A stretch of DNA of 64,000 nucleotides from the human T2T-CHM13v2.0 reference genome, Homo sapiens: the NCBI RefSeq assembly GCF_009914755.1, contig NC_060931.1. One strand, 5' to 3'. Below the pieces are notes generated by a model. It did no database searches, had not been told where the DNA came from, and saw nothing but the letters and a program-made list of their open reading frames with translations. This document shows positions 27,481 to 44,697 of the stretch, piece after piece. The translations under genes were made by a program, and so were the position numbers. The number at the start of each line of letters is the position of its first letter. Position 1 is the stretch's first letter.

Positions 27481-28072
27481 ATTGATTTTTAAATTTGTGC
27501 TTTCTCCAAACTCTTTTTCTAAAATTCAGTTCATGTTTCTTTCTAACAACCCCAAACCTTAATACTCTATCAATTCCCTTTTTCTCCTCTTGTATTATCT
27601 ATCTCTGTGAACTGCCTCCTTCACCACACCCAAACCCCATGTCAAGGTAGGAATGTAGGAGCCATCCTAGACTCATTAGTCATCAGAGAGGTGCAAACTA
27701 AAACTAACAAGTTATAAAAACACTCGAATGTTTAATCATGCCACTGTTAAGAGAACATTGGGCAACTGGGACCCCTATACACTGCTGGAAAGCAAATAAA
27801 ATGGTGAAACCAATTTGGAAAATTATTTGGCAGTTTCCTTTTTTTTTTTTTTTCGACTTGGATTTTTTTTTTTTTTTATACTGTAAGTTTTAGGGTACAT
27901 GTGCACATTGTGCAGGTTAGTTACATATGTATACATGTGCCATGCTGGTGTGCTGCACCCACTAACTTGTCATCTAGCATTAGGTATATCTCCCAATGCT
28001 ATCCCTCCCCCCTCCCCACCACAGTCCCCAGAGTGTGATATTCCCCTTCCTGTGTCCATGTGATCTCATTGT

Positions 28073-31927
<3,855 letters not shown>

Positions 31928-31969
31928 TTAGTTGATGCAGTTTCTTCCTAGTCTCGATGGTCTTTACAT

Positions 31970-32988
31970 TTTGGCACGATTTTGCAGCGGCTGGTACTGG
32001 TTGTTCCTTTCCATGTTTAGCACTTCCTTCAGGAGCTCTTTTAGGGCAGGTCTGGTGTGATAAAATCTCTCAGCGTTTGCTTGTCTGTAAAGTATTTTAT
32101 TTCTCCTTCACTTATGAAGCTTAGCTTGGCTGGATATGAAATTCTGGGTTGAAAATTCTTTTCTTTAAGAATGTTGAATATTGCCCCCCCCCCCCCCCCA
32201 CTCTCTCTGGCTTGTAGGGTTTCTGCCAAGAGATCTGCTGTTAGTCTGATGGGCTTCCCTTTGAGGGTAACCCGACCTTTCTCTCTGGCTGCCCTTAACA
32301 TTTTTTCCTTCATTTCAACTTTGGTGAATCTGACAATTATGTGTCTTAGAGTTGCTCTTCTCGAGGAGTATCTTTGTGGTGTTCTCTGTATTTCCTGAAT
32401 CTGAACATTGGCCTGCCTTGCTAGATTGGGGAAGTTCTCCTGGATAATATCCTGCAGAGTGTTTTCCAACTTGGTTCCATTCTCCACATCACTTTCAGGT
32501 ACACCAATCAGACGTAGATTTGGTCTTTTCACATAGTCCCATATTTCTTGGAGGCTTTGCTCATTTCTTTTTATTCTTTTTTCTCTAAACTTCCCTTCTC
32601 GCTTCATTTCATTCATTTCATCTTCCATTGCTGATACCCTTTCTTCCAGTTGATTGCATCGGCTCCTGAGGCTTCTGCATTCTTCACGTAGTTCTCGAGC
32701 CTTGGTTTTCAGCTCCATCAGCTCCTTTAAGCACTTCTCTGTATTGGTTATTCTAGTTATACATTCTTCTAAGTTTTTTTCAAAGTTTTCAAATTCTTTG
32801 CCTTTGGTTTGAATGTCCTCCCGTAGCTCAGAGTAATTTGATCGTCTGAAGCCTTCTTGTCTCAGCTCGTCAAAGTCATTCTCCATCCAGCTTTGTTCTG
32901 TTGCTGGTGAGGAGCTGCGTTCCTTTGGAGGAGGAGAGGCGCTCTGATTTTTAGAGCTTCCAGTTTTTCTGTTCTGTTTTTTCCCCAT
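31970..32988 (-). pseudogene. L1 ORF1 (RNA-binding protein), C-terminal frameshift
   Basis: MGKKQNRKTG...REKG...YPAKLS; ends DFITPDLP* at 32041 (315 aa) instead of the canonical 338-aa C-terminus. Confidence 0.95.
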
Positions 32989-33894
32989 CTTTGTGGTTTT
33001 ATCTACTTTTGGTCTTTGATGATGGTGATGAACAGATGGGTTTTTGGTGTGGATGTCCTTTCTGTTTGTTAGTTTTCCTTCTAACAGACAGGACCCTCAG
33101 CTGCAGGTCTGTTGGAATACCCTGCCGTGTGAGGTGTCAGTGTGCCCCTGCTGGGGAGTGCCTCCCAGTTAGGCTGCTCGGGGGTCAGGAGTCAGGGACC
33201 CACTTGAAGAGGCAGTCTGCCGGTTCTCAGATCTCCAGCTGCGTGCTGGGAGAACCACTGCTCCCTTCAAAGCTGTCAGACAGGGACATTTAAGTCTGCA
33301 GAGGTTACTGCTGTCTTTTTGTTTGTCTGTGCCCTGCCCCCAGAGGTGGAGCCTACAGAGGCAGGCAGGCCTCCTTGAGCTGTGGTGGGCTCCACCCAGT
33401 TCGAGCTTCCAGGTTGCTTTGTTTACCTAAGCAAGCCTGGGCAATGGCGGGCGCCCCTCCCCCAGCCTCGCTGCCGCCTTGCGGTTTGATCTCAGACTGC
33501 TGTGCTAGCAATCAGCGAGATTCCATGGGCGTAGGACCCTCCGAGCCAGGTGTGGGATATAGTCTCGTGGTGCGCCATTTTTTAAGCCGGTCTGAAAAGC
33601 GCAATATTCGGGTGGGAGTGACCCGATTTTCCAGGTGCGTCCGTCACCCCTTTCTTTGACTCGGAAAGGGAACTCCCTGACCCCTTGCACTTCCCAGGTG
33701 AGGCAATGCCTCACCCTGCTTCGGCTCGCGCACCGTGCGCGCAGCCACTGGCCTGCGCCCACTGTCTGGCACTTCCTAGTGAGATGAACCCGGTACCTCA
33801 GATGGAAATGCAGAAATCACCCGTCTTCTGCGTTGGTCACGCTGGGAGCTGTAGACCGGAGCTGTTCCTATTCGGCCATCTTGGCTCCTCCTCC
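32989..33894. promoter_or_regulatory. L1 5'UTR: CpG-rich sense and antisense promoters with YY1 site
   Basis: YY1 motif (ggccatcttgg on +, ~33874-33884); locally CpG-rich; promoter function is established for L1HS/L1PA 5'UTRs. Confidence 0.85.
33444..33659 (+). CDS. ORF0: L1 ORF0, 71 aa, antisense in the 5'UTR
   Basis: gcaATGg start; MAGAPPPASLPPC...FSRCVRHPFL*, 216 bp open. Confidence 0.88.
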   Translation: MAGAPPPASLPPCGLISDCCASNQRDSMGVGPSEPGVGYSLVVRHFLSRSEKRNIRVGVTRFSRCVRHPFL

Positions 33895-34470
33895 GGCAGT
33901 TTCTTACAAAGCTAAACACACATTTATTCTATTGCCTAACAGTTCTACTTCTGGATATTTATACAGATAAAATGAAAACACAGATACACAAAAAGACTTG
34001 TACAAGAATGTTCAAGCAGCTTTATTCATAATAAAGCCTGTGTTAGAAATAATGCTAACCCACATACCCATCAACAAAATAGACTTAAAAAAATAGACCT
34101 GTTATATTCCCACAATAAAATACTTCTCAGCAATAGAAATGGAAAAAGTATGGCTACGCAAAACAACATGGATGAATCTCAAAAACATGTTGAACAAAGA
34201 AAGCTAGATACAAAACACTGTATATCATAATGATTCCACTTACATAAAGTTCAAGAATAGATAAAAATTATCTATCATAATAAAAATCTGAAAAGCATTT
34301 GCTTCTTGAGAGTGGAAAATTTATTGAACAGAGGGACACTTTCTGAGTTGATGGAAATATTCTACCTCTTGATAGGGGTGTGGGTTAGACAGGTGTACAC
34401 ATTTATCAAAACTCATAGAATTATTCACTTGAGATACATACATTTCACTGTATGTGTATTTTACCTCCAA
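33895..34470 (+). mobile_element. Old L1M(E) 3' fragment hosting the L1PA insertion (left part ~27700-27837)
   Basis: ttggcagtttc|ttacaaagctaaac...aagacttgtacaagaatgttc...acatggatgaatctc...atgattccactta is contiguous across the TSD. Confidence 0.8.
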
Positions 34471-35685
34471 AAAGTAGTATTTGAAATTACTGACAGAAGT
34501 TATTTTCTTTGTTCCTATAAAATATACAACAGTAGGGAAAAGGAAATAGTAAACTGCTCTTGATTATTTTATTCAGAAGGTGATATTTCCCATCTAGGAG
34601 ATCATCATCTTGAACACACTGAGAACTCACAAATTCTATTTAAATGTTTTGAATCAAGCACTTTACTCTCACTTCTTTAGGACAGTAATATTTACCAACC
34701 CAGAGTCATTTTTCTTAGTGTCACTGAAAGCTTCTATTTTTAACTTTTGGTTTCTAAGTTCCAGGGTCCATTAGGGACAGATTGAAGAAGCAAAAAAAGG
34801 AATAAAGCACCAGATGTAGGAAAGAAAATAAAATGCACTGACAGTCTATTTTTTTTTCCTTGGAACTAATACTGCTTTCAATAGCACCAGATGTCAAACA
34901 ATCTACCAGCCATCAAACATGTAGTCCTGAATCCTTAGAAGTAAAAAATACCAAACATGGGATTGACTAATTGTGGCGACAGCACCTCAGGACATAAATA
35001 TCCCTCAGTAGAACCTGAAACAAGGTTGGTTCCCCACGTATCCCCTCCAGATAGACAAGGATTCAGCTGCAATGAAATGATGGTCAGAGTTCATGGAGAG
35101 TTGTCCATGCTGGAAATTGTTGAGTTTGAGTTTGCAGTTGACTGAATCTGGGCGTAATTGCAAGCCAATTTGTATGAAAGCCAAGCACAAACAAAAAATA
35201 CCTGGTAATCAGTGATGGCCAATTCAACTTGGATCATACCCCAGACCTTGTCACCACTTGTTATTCATTTAAAAAACCATTAAGACTGTAAGGTATGTTT
35301 TATTACTGCCTATATTTGTTCATTCCATGTACCACCATCTCATTCTATTCATTACAATCTCCTCTAAAGCACTGCATATCATTACTAAAAAGAAACTTAT
35401 TTTCTTGCTCCAAATAACTGCTACTAGAAGCTTATATGTTTTCAATTCCTGGACAAAAACATTTGTCCCTCACCTTAACAAGTGCTTACTTATATAATAA
35501 GTGATGAAAGGAAGTAGCACATATTTTGAATCCAATAATACAACGTAATTCTGGGACACCACAGAAGAACCAATCTTGAGTTTAGCCCGGAAAGCATGAC
35601 ACCTTTATTTGGAAGGCCCTCAAAGCACCCTGGAGATGTGGATCTTCATGCACATAAGCTATAAATATCTTATTATATTGACTAA

Positions 35686-36189
<504 letters not shown>

Positions 36190-36554
36190 TAAAATCCTGA
36201 TATAACTGGAGGCAGCACATAAAAAAAAACTAGCCTTGTTTCAGATTCTTCTAAAAGCTGTGAATTTTCATTTTTGTGATCTGATGAAATAACAGGAAAC
36301 ACACTAAAACTCACCGTAGAGGTGAACAAGAAACTTCTTACACAAAGATTTCCAAACATATTTAGGCTACAATATATTTTAGCATGATAAAGAGTTCCAT
36401 GGACTCTTACCCTTGTCTGTTTGCTAATACTCTCTCAGCAATTCCTCCTTCTACCAAAAAAAGGAAAGAAGAAAGAAAGGAAAATTTTACCTAAATAATA
36501 AAAAAAAAAAGTCTGTTATCCTGAGAAGCCAGAGTGGCTATACTTAACTTCTCA

Positions 36555-37700
36555 TGCATTCATTCATCAACATTTTATTGAGTACCTTATAGATGCAAGA
36601 AACTACTATCCCTAGGAATATTACTATAAGCAAGACAGACAAATACCCTGTGCTCACAATGCTTGCCTTATGGGAAGACAGGACAGTGGAGATGAATGAA
36701 TGGAAAATAAACAGCGAGTAGATAATTAGAGAGAGTGATAAGTATGAAGTCCATAAAAAGGTTAGTGATAGAATAGAGATTGACAAAGTGGAGGTACACT
36801 TTGGATAAGCTGGACAAAGAAAACCAACAGTGTATTAAGATAGACAACAGTGTGCTAAGGATGAAAAATAAACAACAGTGATGAAAGAAGATGGATGAAA
36901 GAGAAACAACAGTGTACTAAGCCAAGAGCCAAGCTTTCCAAAGAGGGAATTTCAAGTGCAAAGACAAGTATGAAAGAGTTTGATAAATTTAAAGGCCAGA
37001 AAGGATGGTCGTGCACCTAAACAGGAGTGAGTTAGGGAGACAGAACTACAGGATGTAACTAACAAGGTTGGTAGGAGTCAGATCATGGCCTTGTCAACAA
37101 TGTATTTTACTCTAGGTAAAACAGGAACTCGGTAAAATGTTTTAAATAGGAGAGTTCCATAAATCTACATACATTTTTAATCACTTATTTTCGTATGGAT
37201 ATTGGAGGTCATACAGAATAAAAGGAAGAAAACATGTTAGAAGACTGTTGCAGCAGTTTTAGTGAAAGATGATGGTGTTTTAGGGGAGAATGGGATGGTC
37301 TGGGGCTGATGCAGGGGGAAGTGGGCAGAGAAGTGACAGGACTTGTTCATAGACAGATGTAGGTGGTACGGAAAAGAGAAGAATTGATAGGATTTAGGTT
37401 TTAGGATGAGCCATTCAGTGGGATAGTCTTGTCTGGAAACAAAAATCTGTGAGCTATGGGCATAGATAGCTTGCAGAGCCCTAGGAGAGAATGAGATGAG
37501 ATAGGAAGAGACAATAAAAAGAAAAGAACCTAGGACAATGCCCACAGGCTCTACAATATTTAATGTTCCAGTTGAGAAAAAGAAGCTAGCAAAAAGTGAG
37601 ATAGGAGAAAATATGAAAGTGTTATCACAAAAGTCAAGAGAAAAAAAGCGCAGACAAAGAACAGAGTGGGAAGTTAAGAAATGGTCCAGTGTCCATTAGA
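36555..37700 (-). mobile_element. L2 fragments
   Basis: Reverse L2 3' end cattcattcatcaacattttattgagtacct followed by purine-rich L2 body motifs. Confidence 0.7.
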
Positions 37701-37806
37701 TCTGACAAAGTAGCCAATTATTACTTCAGTTAATAATTTAATTATACTCTTACATCACATAAATACTAGCACTAGACCCAACATTTCCATATTTCTGTAA
37801 AACCTC

Positions 37807-37809
<3 letters not shown>

Positions 37810-37845
<36 letters not shown>
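37810..37845. repeat. (GT)n microsatellite
   Basis: Pure GT run. Confidence 0.97.
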
Positions 37846-37846
<1 letters not shown>

Positions 37847-38965
37847 AGAATCTAAGTCTTCAGAGCCAGAGCACTGGCAATGTAAATGCAAGCAATGCCA
37901 ATTTCTATCTGAACACGAGGAAAAAGGACATCTGACCCAACTTTACCACCCAACATCACACATCCTTACTAGAGAGACACAGTGACTCAACCAGGCTCTG
38001 ACCTAGGACTTAAAGCGGATCAAGGTTGGGATCTACAGAATGGAAACCAAGAGAAGGAAACCTTCAGGCTATAGAGACAAGCCAAGCATATAACAAAACC
38101 ATGCATGACAACTGGCTGGGAGAAGAGAAAGAAAGGGGCACCAAATCAGGACAAGAGAAGGCAGTGATCAAATCAAATAGGTAAACCAGAGAGACTGGTT
38201 GGAGTGAAGACATGAGAAATGTCTTAGGTTCAGATCAGTCACCTTTCAAAACAACAAAATCTTTGCCTACCCTCAGGGTTGAGTATATGTACATAGAAAC
38301 ACCACTGCTAAGATGCTGCCGTTCTGATGTCCCCTATCCCCTTGCTGGGCCCAAACTCACTAAAACTCTAGCCTTTCCTCCTTTTTCTCCTTCCCTGGTG
38401 CCCAATTCAAGGAAGTTGAAAAGCCTAGGTGAGACAGCTGGACATTTGTCCACCAACGTGCTCCCTGTATGTACAGTGCCTGGTGTCTGTCCTCAGATCA
38501 CTCTCTAGGTGGAAGCATTTTCAGCATGAAAACCTTAAGCAAAATCATGGCCTGAGACAGCCAACCATACTTCTGTCAGAAATTGATGGAAAGCCACTCA
38601 GTAGACTTTTTTTTTTTTTTTTGGTCTAAACTAACTCTGGGACTGAAAGAAAAGTTTGACATTATAAATACAACCTAATCAAAAAGATTATTTCAAGTTC
38701 CCAAGTTTTCACATACACAAATCATGTATTGGTTCCTCTAGGAGAATTTATTGCCCTAGTCTAGAAGAAATTTTAATACAGCAGAACCCAGCTCTTCAGC
38801 ATAATTTGGTATTATCCACTCATCAACTCACTCACAGGCAGCCTCGCCTTGGGTCTCCAGAGCAGACAGCCAGCATAAGGTGGTGCCAATAAGTTAGAAC
38901 CTTGTTTACTCTCAACAAATATGTGTTTTCAAAGGTGTGTAGTTGATTACGTAAGTTCTGTAGTA

Positions 38966-39637
38966 TAGCAGTCTCCCATTATCTGCTGGGTGTATGTCCC
39001 AATACCCTCAGTGGATGCCTGAAACCATGGATATTTCCGAACCCTATATATACTATTGTTTTTTTTAACCTATACATACATGCTTATGATAAAGAATTTA
39101 TAAATTAGGCACAGTAAGAGATTATCAATAACTAATAATATAATGGAACAATTATAACTACATACTGTTCATACATAGATTTATTTTTACCAAAGATCTT
39201 AGCAACCTCAGCAATTGATTTTTTTTTCTTTCCTTATTAAGTTGAGAATGTTCACCTTTTCATTTAAAGGAAGCACTTTACAGCTTTTTGTTGGCAGCTC
39301 TGAATTACCAGCATCACTCTCTGGGCTTTCAGGCCATTATTAAGTAAAATAAGGGTAACTTAAACACAAGCACTGCGATATTGTGACAGCTGATACGATT
39401 ACCTAGACGGCTACTAAGTGACTATTGGCTGGCAGCATAGACAGCATGGATCTGCTAGACAAAGAGATAATTCATATCCCGGGCAGGACAGAGCACGGTG
39501 GCACATGATTTCATCATGCTACTCAGAATGGCATGCAATTCAATACACAATACACTTATGTATTGTGAATTTCTGGTATTTTTCATTTGATATTTTTGAC
39601 CATAGTTGACCACGGGTAATTGAAACCACAGATAAGG
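38966..39637. mobile_element. MER44 / Tigger7-derived DNA transposon
   Basis: tagcagtctcccattatc...cagtggatgcctgaaacc at the left end and gttgaccacgggtaattgaaaccacagataagg at the right end. Confidence 0.8.
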
Positions 39638-40964
39638 TTTAGTTCAGATACATGCAAATCATAGTGAAACAAATATTTAATAGAAAATTTCTTGGGGTAG
39701 AGAGTTGTTTGTATATTAACATCCTGCTGTGGTCACACACATGTACCACACACATATACAAGTATATTTCTTTCCAAAATGTTTTTTTTTCTGTCTTTTC
39801 TTTTATATTATGTGCATAGAATCCTGGTTTCCCCAAAAGAAAATCAGGACAAAAAGAAAAGAAAGACGAGGCAAATTAAATGACATTTCCTCTCAGAACC
39901 TCCTTCTTTCTGCTTGTCAGTATTTCCCGATTTCCAGGTGGACTCTCTCATGCCCATTTCCCACGAGCACCCGAGTCTCTGAAGATTTATTTTTATCCCA
40001 GATCACCTCGTGAGGGAAGAAAATAAACAGAGGATGATTCTAGAAAGTTTTATAAGCTGAGTAACCAGCTTAATTTAAATAAAATGTGTATAAATATTCC
40101 CATTCAAGTTTTCATGGTGAACTCTCCATTACATTAGGAGTCATTAAAAATTCCATGGCTTCAAAGCTGATTTTGCTCTAAGGTGCAGTAACCCTGTTCA
40201 AAGTGAAGACAAAACCATTAAGAACAGGCAACCCAGGATGGGCTTCAGAAAGCTTGTTTCAGTTTGGCTGAACACTGCAAGGACTCTGTGCAGTATGAGA
40301 AGATAATTTATGATAAAATGTAGACTAAAAGGCATGCTGTTATGAGGTACCAGATGGACTCTGTGTTAACTCTTCAGAGAGCAGTACACACAGCTTGGCA
40401 AAGTGAAATTGCTAAAGAAGAAGTAAAAGAGCTACAGAAAATTGTGAGTGCTGTGTTCCTGGAAGAAAGCGACAAAGTGAATCCGGATGTCTTAGTAAGA
40501 AAGAAAGAGATGAATAAGGAGAGTCAAAGGAGCAGACCTTTCTGGGGCAGTCTGTCAGGAAGGTAAAAAGGCCATCATGAGAAGTGAAGTTACAGAAAAA
40601 AACGAGACACCATGTTTGGGAAAATAAGCCCCAAACAACCTACATTTGTTTCTCTAGAAAGGCTTTTGAAAAAATTACATGTCATGACTTGAAAGAGAAT
40701 CAGCTGTATTTTTAGGAACCTACAATGTGATTCTTTAAAATTTGTAAGTATCTGCTATAAACAAAAGCCATAAAGAATACTCACAAATGTCTGCAGCATA
40801 GAAGAGCCAACAGATAGTGTCAAATTTTAACATTTGGCTTATATTTTACTTGTTAATTGGATATAGTATTTGTACATACTCAAAAGGATGCATAAATAAT
40901 ATATTTAACAGAGAAGTAACACTTTAATTATAATTCAGAATTAAATTCTATTAAAGCAGTAGAA

Positions 40965-41200
40965 ACAATAACATTAGCTACCATTTACCAAGTGCCTTGT
41001 TTCAGATATAGGCCTGTATCAGGCATTATGCCAAATGATTTCTACATTATATCATTTCACCTTAAAATTTCCCTGAGAAATGGATATTGTTAGTCCTATT
41101 TTAAGTATTAGGAAAATCAGACACAGAAATTTAAAGAGCTTTCTCAAAGTCACACAGCTGTCTAAATCTAAAGACTACATTTAACCATTACATTATACTA
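40965..41200 (-). mobile_element. MIR
   Basis: tagctaccatttaccaagtgc...ctattttaag..ggaaaatcagacacaga...ctcaaagtcacacagct. Confidence 0.65.
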
Positions 41201-41569
41201 CCTCCCAACTGCCAAATATTTTAGGCACAATCAAGTTGCTTAAAATGTCAAATTGATGTATTCTTTTAATCCAGGATTTTCTATTCTATAGGGCCAATGT
41301 GATATTCTAATGTAAAGATATATATTCATGCATGCACAGTATCTTTCACATTTAGTTGAACTGACGTAATTTATTGGACACATACCATTTTGAAGGAACT
41401 ATGCTGGCATCTGCAGTGTATATAATGAAAATTAGCAAAAAGTCTCTGTTCTAAAAGAATAACAATAATAACAATAGTATCAGGATGCTGTGCTGGAATT
41501 CTATCTCCATTAACTTAGGATAAGACACCAAAGACTAAGAACGAGAAATAGGTGCCAAAGTGCCCACAA

Positions 41570-42345
41570 CCCAAATGCTAGATTACTGATGACAGTAATG
41601 GACTGTCCATTCTCAGCAAAGAGGATGGAGCCCAGTTTGTAGCCGTCACTTAATAACTGACTCAGACAAGAAGTTGATGCTAAGATATTTAGATGAATGG
41701 TGGTTGGGAAACAGGATTTTCACCCCATCTAAATTATAACCACCAGATTACCTACTAATTACAAAAGGAAAGATAACTACACTATAGAGAGATCTGGTAG
41801 ATACCACCTTACCAAGTGTTGTTATAGAGCTTCCCCAATATTGAAGAAAATTGACATTATATATCCCCTACTGTGATGCCACAGAAGGGACACACAGTTA
41901 TCTATGTAGGACTCTTGACAAAAAAGTTTACTTGGAACTTAACATGAGAAAATAATAAGTCAGATCCAGATAACTGGCCTTCAAAAATATTAATGTCTTA
42001 GAGCAAAAAAGAAGAGCAGGAAGCGGGCAAGAAGGGAAACTGTCCTAGAAAGAGAGTAAAGAAGACCAAAGTGATCAGACAACTAAATTTGGTGAGTGAT
42101 TATTTTTATTATTTTCTGAATTTTCTTTTAAAAATATAGCGATGAAGAATATTATTGGATATTTAGAAATGGAAATGTAGGCTGTATATTATGTAATCGT
42201 ATTATATCACTATTAAATTTCTTGAGTGTGAAAACGATCAAGGGCATCCTATGAGAAGAGCATCCTCATAGATAGAAGATACATGTGAGGTATTTAGGAC
42301 AAAGTGTCATGATGCCTGTAAACTACTCTCAAGCAGTTCAACAAG
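41570..42345 (+). mobile_element. L1MC-type 3' fragment
   Basis: ctaattacaaaaggaaa...atctggtagataccacctt...gaagatacatgtgaggtatttagg...tgtcatgatgcctg. Confidence 0.6.
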
Positions 42346-42359
42346 ATAAAAATGGAGAT

Positions 42360-42835
42360 AGATGATGTATTATGTAATAAAGATTATATAATATATAGAA
42401 ATAGATATTCTTATGTATAATATGTCACAAATTAATGATACTTTGTATATAACATATAGTGAATAACTATTGAAAATATATTAGTATACAAGTATACATG
42501 TAAATTGTATAATATATGCTACATAATATATACTAAATAATTCACTAAAAATATAGAGTATATAGCATATACTATATAGTATACCATGCAGAGTAAGATT
42601 ATAGATTATATAAATTAATCTATAACTAATATAATAGAGCTTTTAAGTTAAATATATCTAGTTATATATAGCTTAATAGAATATATATTTAGTTAAATAT
42701 ATTCCATATTATATACAATGAGATTATGGTATATTTTATATAGATTATATAAAGACTCCATAGAGATATTATATTGAGATATATATATTAAAAGATTTAT
42801 AAAGTAGAAATATATAGAGATTTTAAGTATATATG

Positions 42836-42874
<39 letters not shown>
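42360..42874. repeat. AT-rich low-complexity tract followed by (TG)n (~42839-42874)
   Basis: Degenerate TA-rich sequence and a pure TG run. Confidence 0.85.
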
Positions 42875-42877
<3 letters not shown>

Positions 42878-43317
42878 TATTTTAAAGAAATATAGTGACA
42901 TACCATTGGGCTGTTCTTTCTACTTCAAAAGGAGATTCTCTCCTACTCACCTTCATCCAAATGAAGGAGCTTAAAGAGATCCACTGAGATAGGCTGACAT
43001 ATGTTCCTAGGTGTGTAATTCTCTGGGAGACTTTAAAGGGGAGTTGTAGATGGAGCAGCATTGAGAATGTACTGACCTAATCACCAATGGTGCAAACATT
43101 CGTAGTGCTCTTGGAACAAATTTAGACCTCACAAAGGACCTTAAAGAGGATCAAAAAAGCCCTAACAGAGAGGGTGGACCTACCAGAATCTCAAAATCTC
43201 AGATGGATGGTTGTTCTAACGTGGGACTAGAGAAGACATTGCTTGAGTCAAAATAAACAAAAATATACAATATCTCTGTCCTCATAAGGCTTACAGTCTA
43301 GATGAGGAGATGGGCAT

Positions 43318-43772
43318 TGTCTTGTTCGTTTTCTGCTACTTTAACAGAATACTACAAATTGGGACATTTATAAAGAAATGTGAAAGAAATTTATAAAGAA
43401 GTTTCTTTATAAATTGTAAATAAACTAAACTATAAATAAAATGTCATTTATAAAGAAAAAAACTTTACTTGGATTATAGTTTTGAAGGATGGGAAATCCA
43501 AAAAGTAGCACTGGTGTCTGGTGAGGATCATTTCATGGCAGAAGGTAGAAGTGGGCACAAAAGACAGACAAGACAGAGAGGCACCAGAGACCAAACTCAC
43601 TTTTCAACAACCCACTCTCATGATAACTATTCCACACTTGAGGTAACATTAATCCATTCATGAAGGCCCTACCCTCATGATCCAATCACCTCTTATTAGG
43701 CCCCACCTCCCAACACTGGTGCATTGGGGATTAAATTTCCAACTCATGAACTTTGGAGGGGACACATTTAAA
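43318..43772 (-). mobile_element. MSTC/MSTD-like MaLR LTR
   Basis: tgtcttgttcgttttctgctact...ttaggccccacctcccaacac...ggggacacatttaaa. Confidence 0.8.
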
Positions 43773-44208
43773 AGGGTATGTTAATTACCAACCTATACCT
43801 TTTTTAAGCTCAAAAGCATGTGCCAGTCCTAGAAGATATATACAGTGGTCTTTTGGAAGTGGGGATGTTCTTGTAGAGACCAGGTTTGATGTTACTGAAG
43901 AGCAAAGGACGAGAAACTGAAAAAAAAAAAAACACATTGAAATAACATTTTATTCCTGCAACCCTGACTTCTGATGAAAACAGGATGGTAAGTAGTGTAA
44001 AGAAGGGATAGAAAGCAGGTTCTAAGTGGCCAGCAAATGCACCTTAGATACCCTTTAATCTACAAGGCTCTGCTGTGACCCACAATTGGAAATTAAATTG
44101 GTCTTTCATTATTGTGTTAACATATTGTTTCAGAGAATAATTGAAGCTTTAGACTTAGTAATTTCTGATGCAACGATTCCAGGCCTGATAAATATATATT
44201 ATATGGCA

Positions 44209-44697
44209 TGTCAAAGAAAAGTCATACCAGGCAGAGTTAAAACAGGCAAGGAAAATTTTATTCAAGATTATTACAACGGGGGAAGAGATTGAACTCAACT
44301 CCACGGAAACAGGAAAGAGAATTTTTAAGCTCTACGGTGAGTTTGTGGAAAAGCACTGAAGGATGTTAAAGGCAGAGTGAGTCAGCATGATTAGGTCATC
44401 TGTGTTTGCCAGTTGGAGCTTCTTGAATTTAGTCTCCTACCTTCCCACGGAGACTGAGAAATGGGAGCATCATCTTTCTTGATGATCACATTTCAAAGGA
44501 ATGGGTCCCAGGTTCATGAGAAAGACGTTCCTGGGTTGTAGAAGATTTACATCTCAAACTGGGCAGAGAAAAAATTTACAATAGCAGATTTTTTAAAGTA
44601 AACACGGTAAGGAAAGAGAGACCAGAGACCTAGAGTCAGAAAGAAACCTGTCTAAAGTTCAGTCAAGGTGAGGGGAATGGTAAGTCTGTCTTGGTCA
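44209..44697 (-). mobile_element. MER67/MER31-group ERV1 solo LTR
   Basis: tgtcaaagaaa...tttattc...aagaaacctgtctaaagttcagtcaag...tcttggtca termini. Confidence 0.75.
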
